Shown in pieces: positions 47,461 to 61,076 of a DNA stretch of 64,000 nt. Made by a program: the position numbers and the translations under genes. Numbering within the stretch: position 1 is the stretch's first letter; each line of letters begins with the position of its first letter. The notes below the pieces were generated by a model. The model did no database searches. It saw only the letters and a list, made by a program, of their open reading frames with translations, and had not been told where the DNA came from. This DNA is from Mobula hypostoma (taxonomy: Eukaryota): assembly GCF_963921235.1 (NCBI RefSeq), contig NC_086097.1:10354001-10418000 (forward strand), in the 5' to 3' direction.

Positions 47461-47799
47461 ATTGAAAACTGGAGTTGAATAATTTTGAAAGGAAACTCAT
47501 TAATTTACACAACCTCTTGCTGATGCAACTAATCTAATACACATAGCTCTAAAAATAATCAAAATCTGTTTGATTCCTATGCAGTGTTGTCTTCGAATTT
47601 AAAAAAAAAATCTATTGCTTTAGCAGAAGAGGGTGGAAGTACATGTCAGAGCCAGCATAATCAAATACCTCACCCACAGGACATTCTCTCTTCACTCCCT
47701 TCTCATCAGGCAGAAGATACAAAACTCTGAAAGCATGTACCATCAGAGTCAAGGACAGCTTCTATTTTGCTGGTAAAAACCTGTCAATCTACCTCATTA

Positions 47800-48570
47800 T
47801 TTCTTGAGTAATGTGGGCCTGTTCACCTGCACAGTATATGTTAATTATTGTCTTATTAAATCATTAAACACTTGCCCTTTCTGTTTAATCCTGTTAAGTT
47901 TATTTTGACTGATACGGGTTTTCCGCACTTTGTGTTTATTTAATGTGGACTCCTTATTAGTGTTTTTGCCAGTCCTTGTGTTTTGAGAATGATTCACCTC
48001 ACCTCAGTGTCGCTCAGTTAAGCCACTGATGTTCTGTTGGAATTCCAATGAATAAAAAAAATACTAGAAATACTGAAGATGCTGGTAATCCAAAGCAACA
48101 CACACAAAATGCTGGAGGACCTCAGCAGTTAGAAGTGTATAGGGACAGGAGATCTGTAGTGAAAATGAAACAACCGGGGCCAGGGAACTTGAAGTCATTG
48201 AAAAGGTCGAGAGCGTGTGAACTTCCACAGATGTAGGTAGGAAGGGACTGTACTGGCGGTATAAAATAGAGTCAAGGTATGCAAACACAAGTTCTGTGGG
48301 ACAGGAGCAAGCAGAAATAATGAATCTACCTGGACAGTCAGTTTTGTGGGAACTGAGAGATGTGGGGTAAGGGAACTATGAGGTTGGTGACAGTGGATAG
48401 GAGATACCCGGAGTCGATGAGGTCGGTGATGGTGTGGGAGAGAACAGAAGCTGAGTTCCTCCAGATTTTTGAGCGTGTGTCTATGAATAAACTCTTATTT
48501 GTGACTCTACACAGGAACCTGTCATTCCTTCACACCGGGGTTCAGTCGTCTGTCAGCGCTTGCCATGACA
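47800..48570 (+). mobile_element. Solo LTR (interrupted at 48057-48482) inside a Rex/Babar 3' UTR
   Basis: TSD catta (47795-47799, 48571-48575); ends ...catgaca; homologous to 49045-49422. Confidence 0.7.
48057..48482 (-). mobile_element. Penelope-like fragment with inverted tail ends
   Basis: Middle is the reverse complement of PLE RT (compare 63210-63390); flanking duplication atgaataaa. Confidence 0.75.
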
Positions 48571-49044
48571 CATTATGACTTTGCACCTTATTGTCTGCCT
48601 GCACTTCCACTTCCTCTGCAACTGTTGCACTTCATTCTGCAATCTGTTATTGTCTTAACTTGTACTACCTCAGTGCACTGTGTAATGAATTGATCTGTAT
48701 GCAAGTCAAGATTTTCACTGTACATGTGACAACAATAAACCAACTTGTATAGATAACTGATTCAGCAGTCAAGCACTTGCCTTTTAAGTGACATGTGCTT
48801 CCACTCTCTAATGCTCAAGCATAGTTTCTTTCTAATTCTGAGAGCTATGCTGCATAGGAAACTGAGATTTCCATTATTTTTAGAGCTATATATGTATTAG
48901 ATCAATTGCATCTGAGAAAAGTTTTGCAATATAATTAGGTTTCATTCAAAATTATTCAATTCCACTTTTCATTCGAGTGATTGTGGACTTAGTCTGATAG
49001 CAGCTCAATCATTCTACAAGACACAGTCCCCGTCACTCCAATAC

Positions 49045-49422
49045 TGTAATGAGTTCTTTGGACCTGTGGGGGGCGCCAGAGAGCACTGGGCCTCGAGGTT
49101 TTTAGACCACCTGAATTGGTTAATTGGTTGTTCAATGAGAGTCGTTAATCGTTTAGAGTTCCTTGAGTTTGGTGCTTGTTCTTTAAGATTGTTAAATTTT
49201 GTCTGATCCGATCTTGCATTCCGTGTTTCTTGTATTATTTCAGCTGCTTAGCTCTGATCACGGGGTCCTAGATTTGAGAATGTTACTTCTCTCAGTGTTG
49301 CTCAGTCGAGCCATCAATACCCTTTTAGAATTATTATGAATAAATTATCATCGCCATCTTTACATTGGAGTCTGTCTTTCCTCCATTTTTGGGTTCCGAT
49401 ATTGTCAGCGCAGATCATGACA
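49045..49422 (+). mobile_element. Solo LTR (378 bp)
   Basis: TGTAAT...ATGACA termini; AATAAA at about 49339; flanks aatac/tatat match only partly. Confidence 0.6.
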
Positions 49423-49699
49423 TATATAACTTAGTAGGCCAGTGTTTCCTAATAACTGAAGAGCACATGACATTGTGAGGCTATGAAATCATCGTGATTT
49501 TGTGATTTAACTCTAAAATGTGGGAAATGGCCGTAACATGGAGTGAAAGTTAACAGAAAAATATTTTAATGTAAAGAAACAAAGTTCAAAGTAAATGTTA
49601 TTATCAAAGTAGTTATATGTCACTATATACAAACCTGAGATTTATTTTCTTGTGGGCATACTCAATAAATCCATAGAGCAATAACCATAACAGAATGGT

Positions 49700-50860
49700 T
49701 GGGAATGGAGGAGTGTGGTAGAACAAAGGGATCTGGGAATACAGGTCCACAATTCATTGAAAGTGGTGTCACAAGTGAATAGGCCCATAAAGAATCCTTT
49801 TGGCATATTGACCTTCATAAGTCACAGTATGGAGTACAGGAAATGGGATCTTATGTTGAAGTCGCATAAGATGTTACTAAGATAATTTAAGATAAGACAA
49901 AACTTTATTTATCCCGAAATAAATTATTGTTGCAAGGTTGCTCAGTCAGAAATATATACTTAAAAATACAAAATGTAAACATTGAGGTACGAAGAAATAA
50001 AAAATGTGCCTTTGAAAAGTAATAGTGCAAGATACAGATGAGCAATGAAACCATATACTTATATATTTGAGGAGGAGGAGTTGTAGAGTTTTATAGCCAT
50101 CAGGAGAGGGGATCTCCTGTGGCATTCAGTGGTGCACCTCGGTCGAGTCAGTCTGTTACTGAAGATGCCCCTCTGTTTGTCCAGTATGTGATGGAGGGGG
50201 TGGAAGAGTTTGTCCATCCTGTTCCATAGCTTCTTCTGCACCCTCCTCTCAGATACAACCACCAGGGAATCCAGTTCTGCCTCCAGAACAGAACCGGCCC
50301 TCTGGATAAGCTTACCAATCTTCTTGCTCTCAGCCTGCTACCCCAGCAGACTACAGCGTAGAATACAACGCTGGACACCACTGAGTGTAGAATATCTGCA
50401 GCATTGCACTGCAGATGTTGAATGACCACAGCCTCCTTGGGAAGTACAGTCAGCTCTGTTTCTTCTTGTACAGAGACCCTGGGTTTTAATCCAGTCCAGT
50501 TTATTGTCCAGGTGTGTTCCCAGGTATTTGTAGTCCCAGATGACTTCCACATCTGTTCCCTTGATAAAGATAGGAAGGCAGGGTGTTTCTACTTTCTTGA
50601 ATTTGGAACATTGTGTGCAGCTTGGGTCACCTACCTACAGGAAATACGTAAATAAGGTTGAGAGAGCACAGAGAAAACTTACAAGGATGTTGCCTGGTCT
50701 GGAGCACCTGAGTTATAAGGGAAGATAGAATAAGTTATGAGGAATTTATTCCTTGGAACATAAAAGATTGAATAGAAATTTCATAGTGGTATACAAAATT
50801 ATGTGGGTATAGACAGGGTAAATGCAAGCAGGCTTTTTCCACTGAGGTTGGTTGGGACTA
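49700..50860. mobile_element. CR1 (+) split by a minus-strand Rex/Babar 3' fragment (about 49890-50570)
   Basis: EQRDLGIQVH and LEHCVQLGSP CR1 motifs on either side; YKYLGTHLDNKLDW on minus. Confidence 0.75.
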
Positions 50861-50985
50861 CGAGTGTTGCTCCTCCACCCTGAGGAAACCCCATCATGGC
50901 ACAAGAGGATATTAGAGACTGACATGTCAGAAGGGGGAATGGGAATGGGAAGTTAAAAATTTAGCCACCGGGAAGTTCTGCATTT
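50860..50985 (-). mobile_element. Penelope GIY-YIG C-terminal fragment
   Basis: Reverse complement resembles 23640-23760. Confidence 0.6.
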
Positions 50986-51149
50986 TTTACCTGAAGGAAG
51001 TACGTGAAGTGAAGTGAAAATCTGGTGATGCAAGGCTGAGATCTACTCAGGCTGGAGATAGTGGAAGTGGATGGACCTTTGTGAACAACTCTCTGATGAC
51101 ACCTCAGTGATGTCAGAACAGCAATCGCTAAAGAGTAACTGTGACGATG

Positions 51150-51540
51150 AGGGGTGGCAGTGATGGTGGTGGTGGTGGTGGGCTGGCGCAGTGGTGGGGA
51201 CGGTGATGGTGGGGTGGTGTATGGTAGTGATGGTGGGGTGGGGGTTGGGGCTTATGGTAGAATGGGGGTGACAGTGCTGGTGGGGTGGGGAGGTAACAGT
51301 GGAGGTGGGGTGGGGTTGGGGAGGTGGCGGTGATGGAGATGGTGGGACAGATGTGACAGTGGTGCTGGGGACAAAGGTGGTGGGGTGGGAGATGACAGTG
51401 GTGGTGGGGTGGGGAGGTGGCTGTAATGGTGGTGGTGGACTAGGGGTATGGCGGTGGTGGTGGGGTGAGGTGGCGGTGGAGGTGATGACAGTGACAGTAA
51501 AGGTGGTGGGTGTTTGGTGGGCTGGTGATGGTGATGTGAA
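51150..51540. repeat. Degenerate (GGT)n G-rich low-complexity tract
   Basis: Repeated ggtggt and ggggt runs. Confidence 0.9.
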
Positions 51541-51634
51541 GGATTTGGAAGAAGTACTTCAGGCAAGGTAAATCTTCAATGTTATGAAATGGGAACAGGC
51601 AGGAATTTAATGAGACATTGCTGCTCACTTACAT

Positions 51635-52755
51635 AAAACATAGAATAGTACAACACATTACAGGCCCTTCGGCCCACAATGTTGTGCTGACCCTCAAACC
51701 CTGCCTCCCATATAACCCCCACCTTAAATTCCTCCATATACCTGTCTAGTAGTCTCTTAAACTTCACTACTGTATCTGCCTCTACCACTGACTCAGACAG
51801 TGCAGTCCATGCACCAACCACTCTCTGAGTAAAAAACCTTCCTCTAATATCCCCCTTGAACTCCCCACCCTTTATCTTAAAGCCATGTCCTCTTGTAGTG
51901 GTGCCCTGGGGAAGAGGTGCTGGCTATCCACTCTGTCTATTCCTCTTAATATCTTGTACACCTCTATCATGTCTCCTCTCATCCTCCTTCTCTCCAAAGA
52001 GTAAAGCCCTAGCTCCCTTAATCTCTGATTGTAATCCATACTCTCCAAACCAGGCAGCATCCTGGTAAATCTCTTCTATACCCTTTCCAACGCTTCCACA
52101 TCCTTCCTATAGTGAGGTGACCAGAACTGGACACAGTACTCCAAGTGTGGCCTAACCAAAGTTTTATAGAGCTGCATCATTACATCGTGACTCTTAAACT
52201 CTATCCCTCGTCTTATGAAAGCTAACACCCCATAAGCTTTCTTAACTACACTATCCACCTGTGAGGCAACTTTCAGGGATCTGTGGACATGTACCCCCAG
52301 ATCCCTCTGCCTCTCCACACTACCAGGTATCCTGCCATTTACTTTGTACTCTGCCTTGGAGTTTGTCCTTCAAAGTGTACCACCTCACTCTTCTCTGGGT
52401 TGAAATCCATCTGCCACTTCTCAGCCCACTTCTGAATCCTATCAATGTCTCTCTGCAATCTTCGACAATCCTCTACACTATCTACAACACCACCAACCTT
52501 TGTGTCATCTGCAAACTTGCCAACCCACCCTTCTACCCCCACATACAGGTCGTTAATAAAAATCACGAAAAGTAGAGGTCCCAGAACAGATTCTCGTGGG
52601 ACACCACTAGTTACAACCCTCCAATCTGAATGTACTCCCTCCACCACCACCCTCTGCCTTCTGCAGGCAAGCCAATTCTGAATCCACCTAGCCAAACTTC
52701 CCTGGATCCCATGCCTTCTGACTTTCTGAATAACCCTGCCATGTGGAACCTTGTG
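51635..52755 (-). mobile_element. 5'-truncated CR1 LINE
   Basis: KFADDTKVGG and LYKTLVRPHLEYCVQFWSP motifs; closely related to 53632-54561. Confidence 0.92.
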
Positions 52756-53257
52756 GATTGTCAAATGCCTTGTCAAATTACTGGTGGATAGAGCCTGAAC
52801 ACCTATGAAATTGGAGGAAGGTAACCAAGAAAATCCCCAAAGTAAATAAACTTGGAAACATCTGGGAATGATGATTATATTTTTTTAATTTTTAAACTTT
52901 AGAGCAGGAGTTTCCAACTGCCATGGACCACTAGGATTCACCAAGGGCTCCACAGACCCAGTCTTGGAATGCCTGATTTAAAAATACTGCATAATAACAG
53001 GCCCTTTTGACCCAAAAAAAACCCATACCCCCAATTATTCCCATGTGACCAATTAACCTACTGAAAGATAACTTAATACTGACCAAGTGCCAAAATGCAC
53101 ATCTTCTGTGCAAATGATGATATATGCTCAAGGAAATCCTATAATTCATCCTCAAAAAAATAAGAAAACACTGTTTTATTTCACGGTGAAGCTCATCAAG
53201 CCTACTGCTAATCTGTATTATCTGGGTTGCTGCAGAACACTGCAGAATTTGCTCTAG

Positions 53258-56200
53258 CCTATAAGACATTGGAGTAGAATTTGGCCATTCAGTCCATTGA
53301 GTCTGCTCTGCTATTCCACCATGGATGATACTAGATCCCACTCAACCCCATACATCTGCCTTCTCGTCATATCCTTTTTGCCCTGACCAATCAGGAAACT
53401 ATTAACCTGCCTTTAACATACTCACGAACCTGGCCTCCATTGCAGTCTGTGGCAGAGCATTCCACAGATTCACTACTTTCTGACTAAAAAAATTCCTCCT
53501 TATCTCTGTTCTAAAAGGTCGCCTTGCAATTTTGAGTCTGTGCTCTTTAGTTCTGGATACCCCTACCAGAGAAAACATCCCCTCCACATCCCCTTTCAAA
53601 TCCTTTCAACATTTGGAAGGTTTCAATGAGGACATAGAACATAGAACATAGAATAGTACAGCACAGTACAGGCCCTTCGGCTCACAATGTTGTGCCGACC
53701 CTCAAACCCTGCCTTCCATATAAGCCCCCACCTTAGATTCCTCCATATACCTGTCTAGTAATCTCTTAAACTTCACTAGTGTATCTGCCTCTACCACTGA
53801 CTCAGGCAGTGCATTCCATGCACCAACCGCTCTCTGAGTAAAAAACCTTCCTCTAATATCCCCCTTGAATTTCCTACCCCTTACCTTAAACCCATGTCCT
53901 CTTGTATTGAGCAGTGGTGCCCTGGGGAAGAGGCGCTGGCTATCCACTCTATCTATTCCTCTTATTATCTTGTATACCTCTATCATGTCTCCTCTCATCC
54001 TCCTTCTCTCCAAAGAGTAAAGCCCTAGCTCCCTTAATCTCTGATCATAATGCATACTTTCTAAACCAGGCAGCATCCTGGTAAATCTCCTCTGTACCCT
54101 TTCCAATGCTTCCACATCCTTCCTATAGTGAGGTGACCGGAATTGGACACAGTACTCCGTGTGGCCTAACCGGAGTTTTATAGAGCTGCATCATTACATC
54201 GTGACTCTTAAACTCTGTCCCTCGACTTATGAAAGCTAACACCCCATAAGCTTTCTTAACTACCCTATCCACCTGTGAGGCAACTTTCAGGGATCTGTGG
54301 ACATGTACCCCCAGATCCCTCTGCTCCTCCACACTACCAAGTATCCTGCCATTTACTTTGTACTCTGCCTCGGAGTTCGTCCTTCCAATGTGTACCACCT
54401 CACACTTCTCTGGGTTGAACTCCATCTGCCACTTCTCAGCCCACTCCTGCATCCTATCAATGTTTCTCTGCAATCTTTGACAATCCTCTACACTATCTAC
54501 AACACCACCAACCTTTGTGTCATCTGCAAGCTTGCCAACCCACCCTTCTACCTCCGCATCCAGATCCCCCGCATTCTTCTAAATTCCAGTGAGAACAGGA
54601 CCAAAGCTTCCAAACACTCCTCATATGTTAACCCCTTTATTCGCAGAATCATCCTGGTGAACCATCTCTGTACTTTCTCCAATGACATCACATCCTGTCA
54701 GAGAAATAGGGCCAAAACTTTTAACAGTACTCCAAGTGCAGCCTGACTAATGTCTTATAAAGCCTCAGCATTATCTTCTTGCTTTTAGATTCTATTCCTC
54801 TTGAAATAAACGCCAACATTTCATTTGCCCTCTTTACCACAAACTCAGCCTGTAAATTTACCTTCTGGGAGTCTTGCACGAGGACTCCTTAAGTCCCTCG
54901 GCACCGCTGATGTGTGAAACTTTGCCCTATTTAGGTAATAGCCCACACTATTGTTCCTTTTACTAAAATGCATTATCACACATTTCCCAACACTGTATTC
55001 CATCTGCAATATTTTGACCCACTCTTCTAATTTGTCTGATTCCTGCTGCAATCACAATGTTTTCTCAGCACTACCTACATCTCCACCTAGCTTTGTCTCA
55101 TCTGCAAACTTTGCCACAAAGTCCCACCAAATCATTGAGAAACAATTTGAAAAGTAGTGGTCCCAATACTGACCCCTGAGGATCACCACTAGTCACTGGC
55201 AGCCAACCAGAAAAGGCCCCCTTTATTCCCACTCACTGCCTCCTGCCTGTCAGCCATTCCTTTATCCATGCCAGTATCATTTCTGTAACACCAAAGGATT
55301 TTATTTTGTTAAGCAGCCTCATATGTGGCACCTTGTCAAATGCCTTCTGAAATCCAAGCAAATGACATCCACTGCCTCTCCTTTGTCCACCTTGCTGGTT
55401 GCTTCCTCATAGAACTCTAACAGATTAGTTAGGCAAGATTTCCCTTTACAGAAACCATGCTGAATTTGACTTATCATTAGTCTCAAAGTTCTCTGAAACC
55501 TCATCCTTAATAATAGATTCCAACACTTTCCCAACCACTGAGGTTAGGCTAACTGTCCTCTAATTTCCTTCCTTTTGTCTGCCTCCTTTCTTAAAGAGTG
55601 GACTGATATTTGCCACCTTCCAGTCTTCCTGGACCATGCCAGAACTAAGTGATTCTTGACAGATCTTGACCAATGCATCCATTTTCTCTTTAGCAAACCC
55701 TGTCAGGACTCTGAGATATATTCCATCTGAGCCAGGTGACTTATCCACTTAAGACCTTTCAGTTTGCCTAGCACATTTTCTTTTGCAATATCAATGGCAT
55801 TCACCCCTGCTCCCTGACACTCATGGACCTCTGGCACACTGCTAGTGTCTTCCACAGTGAAGACTGATGCAAAGTACCCATTGAGTTTATCTGCCATTTC
55901 TTTGTCTCCCATTACTATCTCACCAGCATCATTTTCAAGTGGTCCAATATCAACTCCTACCTCCTTTTTGGTTTTTATATCACTGAAAAACCTAGTATCC
56001 TGCTTTATATTATTGGCTAGTCTGCTATCATATTTCATCTTTTCCCTTCTGATGGCTTTCTTTAGCTGTCTTTCGTTGGATTTTAAAAGCTTCCCAATCA
56101 TCCAAGTTCCCACTCACTTTTGCTCCCTTATATTACCGTATATGTCGTTTCCTTGGCTTTTTTGCAATCCTTAACTTTGCTTGTCAGCAACAGTTGCCTA

Positions 56201-56350
56201 CCCTTGCTACTTGAAAACCTCTTCCTCTGTAGGACATATCTATCCCGTGCCTTGTGAACTATTCTCAGATACTTCAATCATCTCTGCTCTGTCATCATCC
56301 CCAACAGTATCCCTCTCCAATCCGCCTGAGCAAGCTCCTCTCTCATGCAT
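53258..56350 (-). mobile_element. Older CR1 LINE (53258-53630 and 54562-56350) split by a younger CR1
   Basis: Halves join as tttcaatgag|atcccccgc; [17 protein letters not shown] and other RT motifs. Confidence 0.85.
53632..54561 (-). mobile_element. Younger 5'-truncated CR1 LINE
   Basis: ORFs 53702-54115 and 54123-54473; (ttctatg)n tail. Confidence 0.92.
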
Positions 56351-56694
56351 TGATGCACTGATGCTTTGAAAGTTTAACCTTCAATACGGAAGAAATATCA
56401 GCTCAGCTGAAATATACTTTTGGATTTGTTTTTGAGGCTATGGTTCGGTGGAAATGGAAATTGCAACCTTGGCATGATAATGGTCCCTCTGCTATTTATT
56501 GGTTCTTTCATGTCAGTCGTCTTGATAATGATGCCAGCAATTGACCTGTAACAGAGGGAATTGAGTGAAAGTGTCACAGTGTTTGCTACAAAAAGTAGAC
56601 TGAGCTGTAAAGGAACTGCAGACTCTGTCAGGGTGAGCACTGACTCAGCCCAGGTGCGGAGGAACATCAGGCTCCCCATGAAGAGACGGAAAGA

Positions 56695-56845
56695 AGAGTA
56701 AACAACAGGAATTCTGCAGATGCTGGAAATTCAAGCAACATACATCAAAGTTGCTGGTGAACGCAGCAGGCCAAGCAGCATCTATAGGAAGAGGCGCAGT
56801 CAACGTTTCAGGCCGAGACCCTTCGTCAGGACTAACTGAAAGAAG
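56695..56845 (-). mobile_element. Penelope tail fragment, same family as 22408-24211
   Basis: Reverse complement nearly identical to 24110-24212. Confidence 0.88.
56798..56833 (-). ncRNA. Minimal type-I hammerhead ribozyme motif
   Basis: Minus strand reads agtc-CTGACGA-agggtctcggcct-GAAA-cg-TT-gact; GUU triplet. Confidence 0.75.
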
Positions 56846-58619
56846 AGGTTAGGTAACGAAGCTTCAGAGACATTAACAAGCGACTCTATGAGACAAATCA
56901 TTCTCCCCAAACACACAAGGACTCTGCTCCAGTGCTAAACAAGTGTCCCCTTCAAAATGGAGAGCAGGACAAAGAGGATGAATAATGCAGTCTCATGTAA
57001 TGTCAGCTGGTGCTGAAACCACAAATCCCTCCTGTTTGATCTCCTCCAAATCACAGGCCTTCCAGCACCAGTGGTTATCCAAGGCATGGAATGTTTGCAG
57101 GAGTTCCCATGCAGCACAAGATGTGTTTTCCACAGTCCGGCCTGTCAGGCCATGCCTCTATTAATTGGATTAGATCACAATGCAGAAATATCAGAGCAAC
57201 ATTGAAATGCCAAATCACCAAAATGTTCAAATTACTTCAGGCCAATGGATGATATGGTGGCTTAGCACTTAGCACATAGTTTTACAAAACTAGCTTTCAC
57301 CATTCGGGGTTCAATTCCCACCGGCATTAAGTAGAAGTTTGTACATTCTCCACCAGACAGCATGGGATTCATTCAAATGCCCCGGATCCTCACACATTCC
57401 AAAAATGTATGAGATAGTGTTAGTGAGTTGTGGGCATGCTATGTTGGCACTGGAAACACAATGGCACCTGGGGGTTGCCCCCCACAATCCTCACTGATTT
57501 GATTTGATGCAAATTATTCATTTTATTTTTATTTAGAAATATTGCATGGACAAATCATTCCGGTTTACCAAACCTTTCACCTACCCACCGATTTAACCCT
57601 AGCCTAAGCACAGGATACCTTACAATGACCGATTAACCTACTAATTGTGGGAGGAAACTGGAGCACCCAGAGGAAACACAGACCCGCAGGAAAGAACATA
57701 CAAACTTGTTTTTAGAGGGTGCTGGAATCAAACTCCAATGCCCCAAGCTGTAATAGAGTCACAATAACCTCTCTGCCACCCTGGCACCTGTGAAATGTAC
57801 CTGTGACAAATAAATGAAGCCTTCTGTACTCACTCCCGCTAGAATTCCAAAAAGATGTGCCGGACTCCATCGAACAGAATATTTTATTAATTTTTATTAT
57901 TTATTTAAAAACTGTGTGAAACAGGCCCTTCCAGCCCTTCGAGCTGCACCCAGCAATCCCCCAGTCCAATCCTAGCCTAATCATGGGACAATTTATAATG
58001 ACCAATGAACCCTACCAACCAGTACATCTTTGGATTGTGGAGGAATACAGAACACCCAGAAGAAACCCACACAATGACAGGAGAATGTACAAATTCCTTT
58101 CAGGCAGCAATGGGAACTGACCTGGGTTTCTGGTACTGTAAAGCATTGTGCTAATCACTACACTACTGTGATGCCCTAATTAATTCTTTTGAGTAAAATT
58201 TAGAAAAATTTAATCTGTGATGTTTTGAGTAATCTTGCCTGATGCTAGGATGAGCGGATAATTCCTTAAAGCAGATTACAATTTTAGCATTCTGTCCAAG
58301 AATCTGACAATCTGGCCTTGGGTTGGATTGTGAAGAAAATTCTGTGGTTTTTGATTGGCTGGATCTTGCTATTCAATCAATTAAAATAAATTTAGTTTCA
58401 GAAAGCATACTATTCTCCACCGTAGAAAATTTCATCTGTATGAATATTAAGATCCTCAAAACATTGGGACCCAAAGGCAATTTTACTTCCTAACAGGAGC
58501 AAAGGCATTGACACAGCAAGCAGAAATTCCAAAGTATGTTGTGCTGAAAGCAGATTATTGGTAGGTGTTTTGTAATGGAGATAGTAAGGTGCTCGAGATT
58601 ATTCTAAGAACCTGATCTT

Positions 58620-59130
58620 GACATACACAAGAAGGGAATATAGATCAAAGCAGCCAGCTAAGACAAGAACATAACTGCCTCACCAATGATTCCTCCAGCA
58701 GTGTTTTATTTTCTTCTTGCTCATTGAGGAGACAGATTTTTCTGCTTTTAGAAGTATAAAAGTCATCCAGGGGTATTTGATTATTATTCTCTCCAAATTC
58801 CATTGTGTCCTGAGCACACTGAAACCTTGCTTGTCTGACAAACAACCTGACATCATTGTTTTGTGCATTCGCTTTCTTAGCCAGTCTCGTATCCATGCCA
58901 ACAGTGTCCCTTCTGTCCCTCAGGCTTCAATTTTGCTAACAGGTCTATTATGTGATACTTCATCAAAAGCCTTTTGAATACCCACAACACCGACCACACG
59001 ATTCACGTCAACCCTTTGCTGCTTTTCAAAATCTCAATCATGTTTGACAAACACAAATTGACTTCAACAAATCCCAACTGGCAGTTGCTCATTGACCCAT
59101 ACTTTTCAGAGCGCCAGCTAGTTTTATCTC
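58620..59130 (-). mobile_element. Ancient degraded CR1-like RT fragment
   Basis: KAFDEVSHNRPVSKIE and LAWIRDWL on minus. Confidence 0.65.
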
Positions 59131-59789
59131 ATATTTTGCTTACTTAGAGATAGAGCGCAGATCAAGTCCTTCTGACCCAATGAGATACGCCACTTTGCAA
59201 CCCACTGATTTAACCCCAACCTAACACCAGGACAATTTACAATGACCAATCAACCTACTGGCCATAGAATCCAGGACATCTCCAAGGAGCAATACCTTAA
59301 AAAGGCAGTGTCCATCATTAAGAAACCCCGTAACCCTCTTCCCATTAGTACCATCAGGAAGGAGGTACAGAAGTCTGAAAGCACACACTCAGCTTCTTCC
59401 CCTCTGCCATCAGATTTCTGGACGGATATAAAACCCATGAACACTACTTCAGTATTTTTTTATTTCTGTTTTTGCACTACTTATTTCATTTAACTATTTT
59501 ATATATATATACACACACACATATACACACCACACGGTGTAATTCACAGGTTTTTTTCTATTATTATGTATTACAATGTACTGCTGCCACAAGGACAAAA
59601 AATTTCACGAGATATCCCGACATTAAACCTGATTCTGATTCTAACCAGTACACCTTTGGACTGAGGGAGGAAACTGGAGCACCTGGAGGAAACCTACCTC
59701 CTCCAGCACCCAGAGGAGTTTGCATGTTCTCTTTGAGTTCACCAATATGGCTTACTTCTGATTCTTGTTTAAATGGATTTGAGTTAGCA

Positions 59790-60115
59790 GATTGATGTTT
59801 TTCTTTTATGCAAGCTTGTATGGCGTATAGCTCCGGGGTTGTGCTCCCAATGGTTTTTTTTTTCGTTTTTTTTGTTAGCAGGGGTTTTTCTTTGTTTTAA
59901 TTAGTAGGGGTTCTTTTTTTTCTTCTTTCCTTTTTCCAAAAAAATATTCTTAACACTTTATTTTTTCTTATTATTGATATATTGTTTAGCTTTGTTAATC
60001 AGTTATTTGGTAATTTAATTCCTCATTGTACATATTGACATGTTGACTTGATTAATATATTTATTTTGTTGATCTTCAATAATATTTAATAAAAAAGATT
60101 TTAAAATAAAAATGA
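59790..60115 (+). mobile_element. Possible L1/Tx1-like T-rich 3' UTR nested in a SINE
   Basis: T/G-rich tract ending in aataaa and an A-rich tail; SINE sequence on both sides. Confidence 0.4.
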
Positions 60116-60271
60116 GTTTGCAGGTTCTGAAGGGGAAAACATAGAAACTCCTTACAGATGGTGCTGGAATTGAACTCTGAACTCTGATGCCCCGAGGCTG
60201 TAATAGCATCACGATAACCACTATGCCCTTGTCTTTAAAAAAAATATTTGTCTGGTTCAAAAATGGCCTGT

Positions 60272-61076
60272 CATTCAAATATTCAAAGCACATTTATTTA
60301 AAAAAGATGTATAAATTATACATCATGAAATTTCTCTGCTGACAGACAGCCATAAAGCAAGAAAGCCAAATAACTTTATGAAAAAAAGACCAAAAATCAT
60401 TGCGCAGAGAAAGAGAGGGAAAAAAGCACACATCTTGCAAACAATAGAAGCAAGCCAACAGCATCCTGAACCAGATGGAGTCCCATATCCGCTCCTGGAG
60501 CCGCCAGAGTAGGCCCAAGCCAAGACTTAGTCCTCAGTATGTCACAGCAGCAGGGCAGAAATGCACACCGGCCAGATTAGTTCACAGCTTCGGTGCTGTG
60601 GAGAAAGGAATAAACATTCACTCGACCCTCACACCCAACCCTTGGGTTTCCAGTCTATCTGGGCTGATGTTTAAATTGTCCAAGCACCAGATAGTGCCAT
60701 GCTCCAGGACCCGAATCCAGGCGCCTCAGCCCGAAACCATTCTCGATCTCGCCAAATTGGCTTGGCATTTGAAGCAATCCAACCTCGCACCTGGGTTAGG
60801 TCGACTGGCATTGAAACTGTTCTGCATCGACGCCTCTCCACATCGCTCACTCCATCTCCAGCAGTGATATGAACTCCGTCTCCATCTAAAGCTCGACGAC
60901 GTTGAGCCTCGCACGGCTCATCCCCCAAACCAGCCTCTCCTCACTGTCTGCAGCGATTATTCACCACCATTTGTGTCAGAAAATATGTTATAAGTAACGT
61001 TTTTAATCAAATCTTTTGCCTTATGATTTACCAGTAAGCTTCCGCACATCTTCAGTCGCACCATCTTAAACCAGAA
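60272..61076 (-). mobile_element. Non-autonomous retroposon beginning AAGATGGTGCG with Rex/L2-like tail
   Basis: Minus-strand start ttctggtttaagatggtgcg; tail taaatgtgctttgaatatttgaa. Confidence 0.6.

Noticed and set aside
51252..51628. Pro/His-rich and Gly/Val-rich ORFs
   Set aside because: Translations of the (GGT)n tract.
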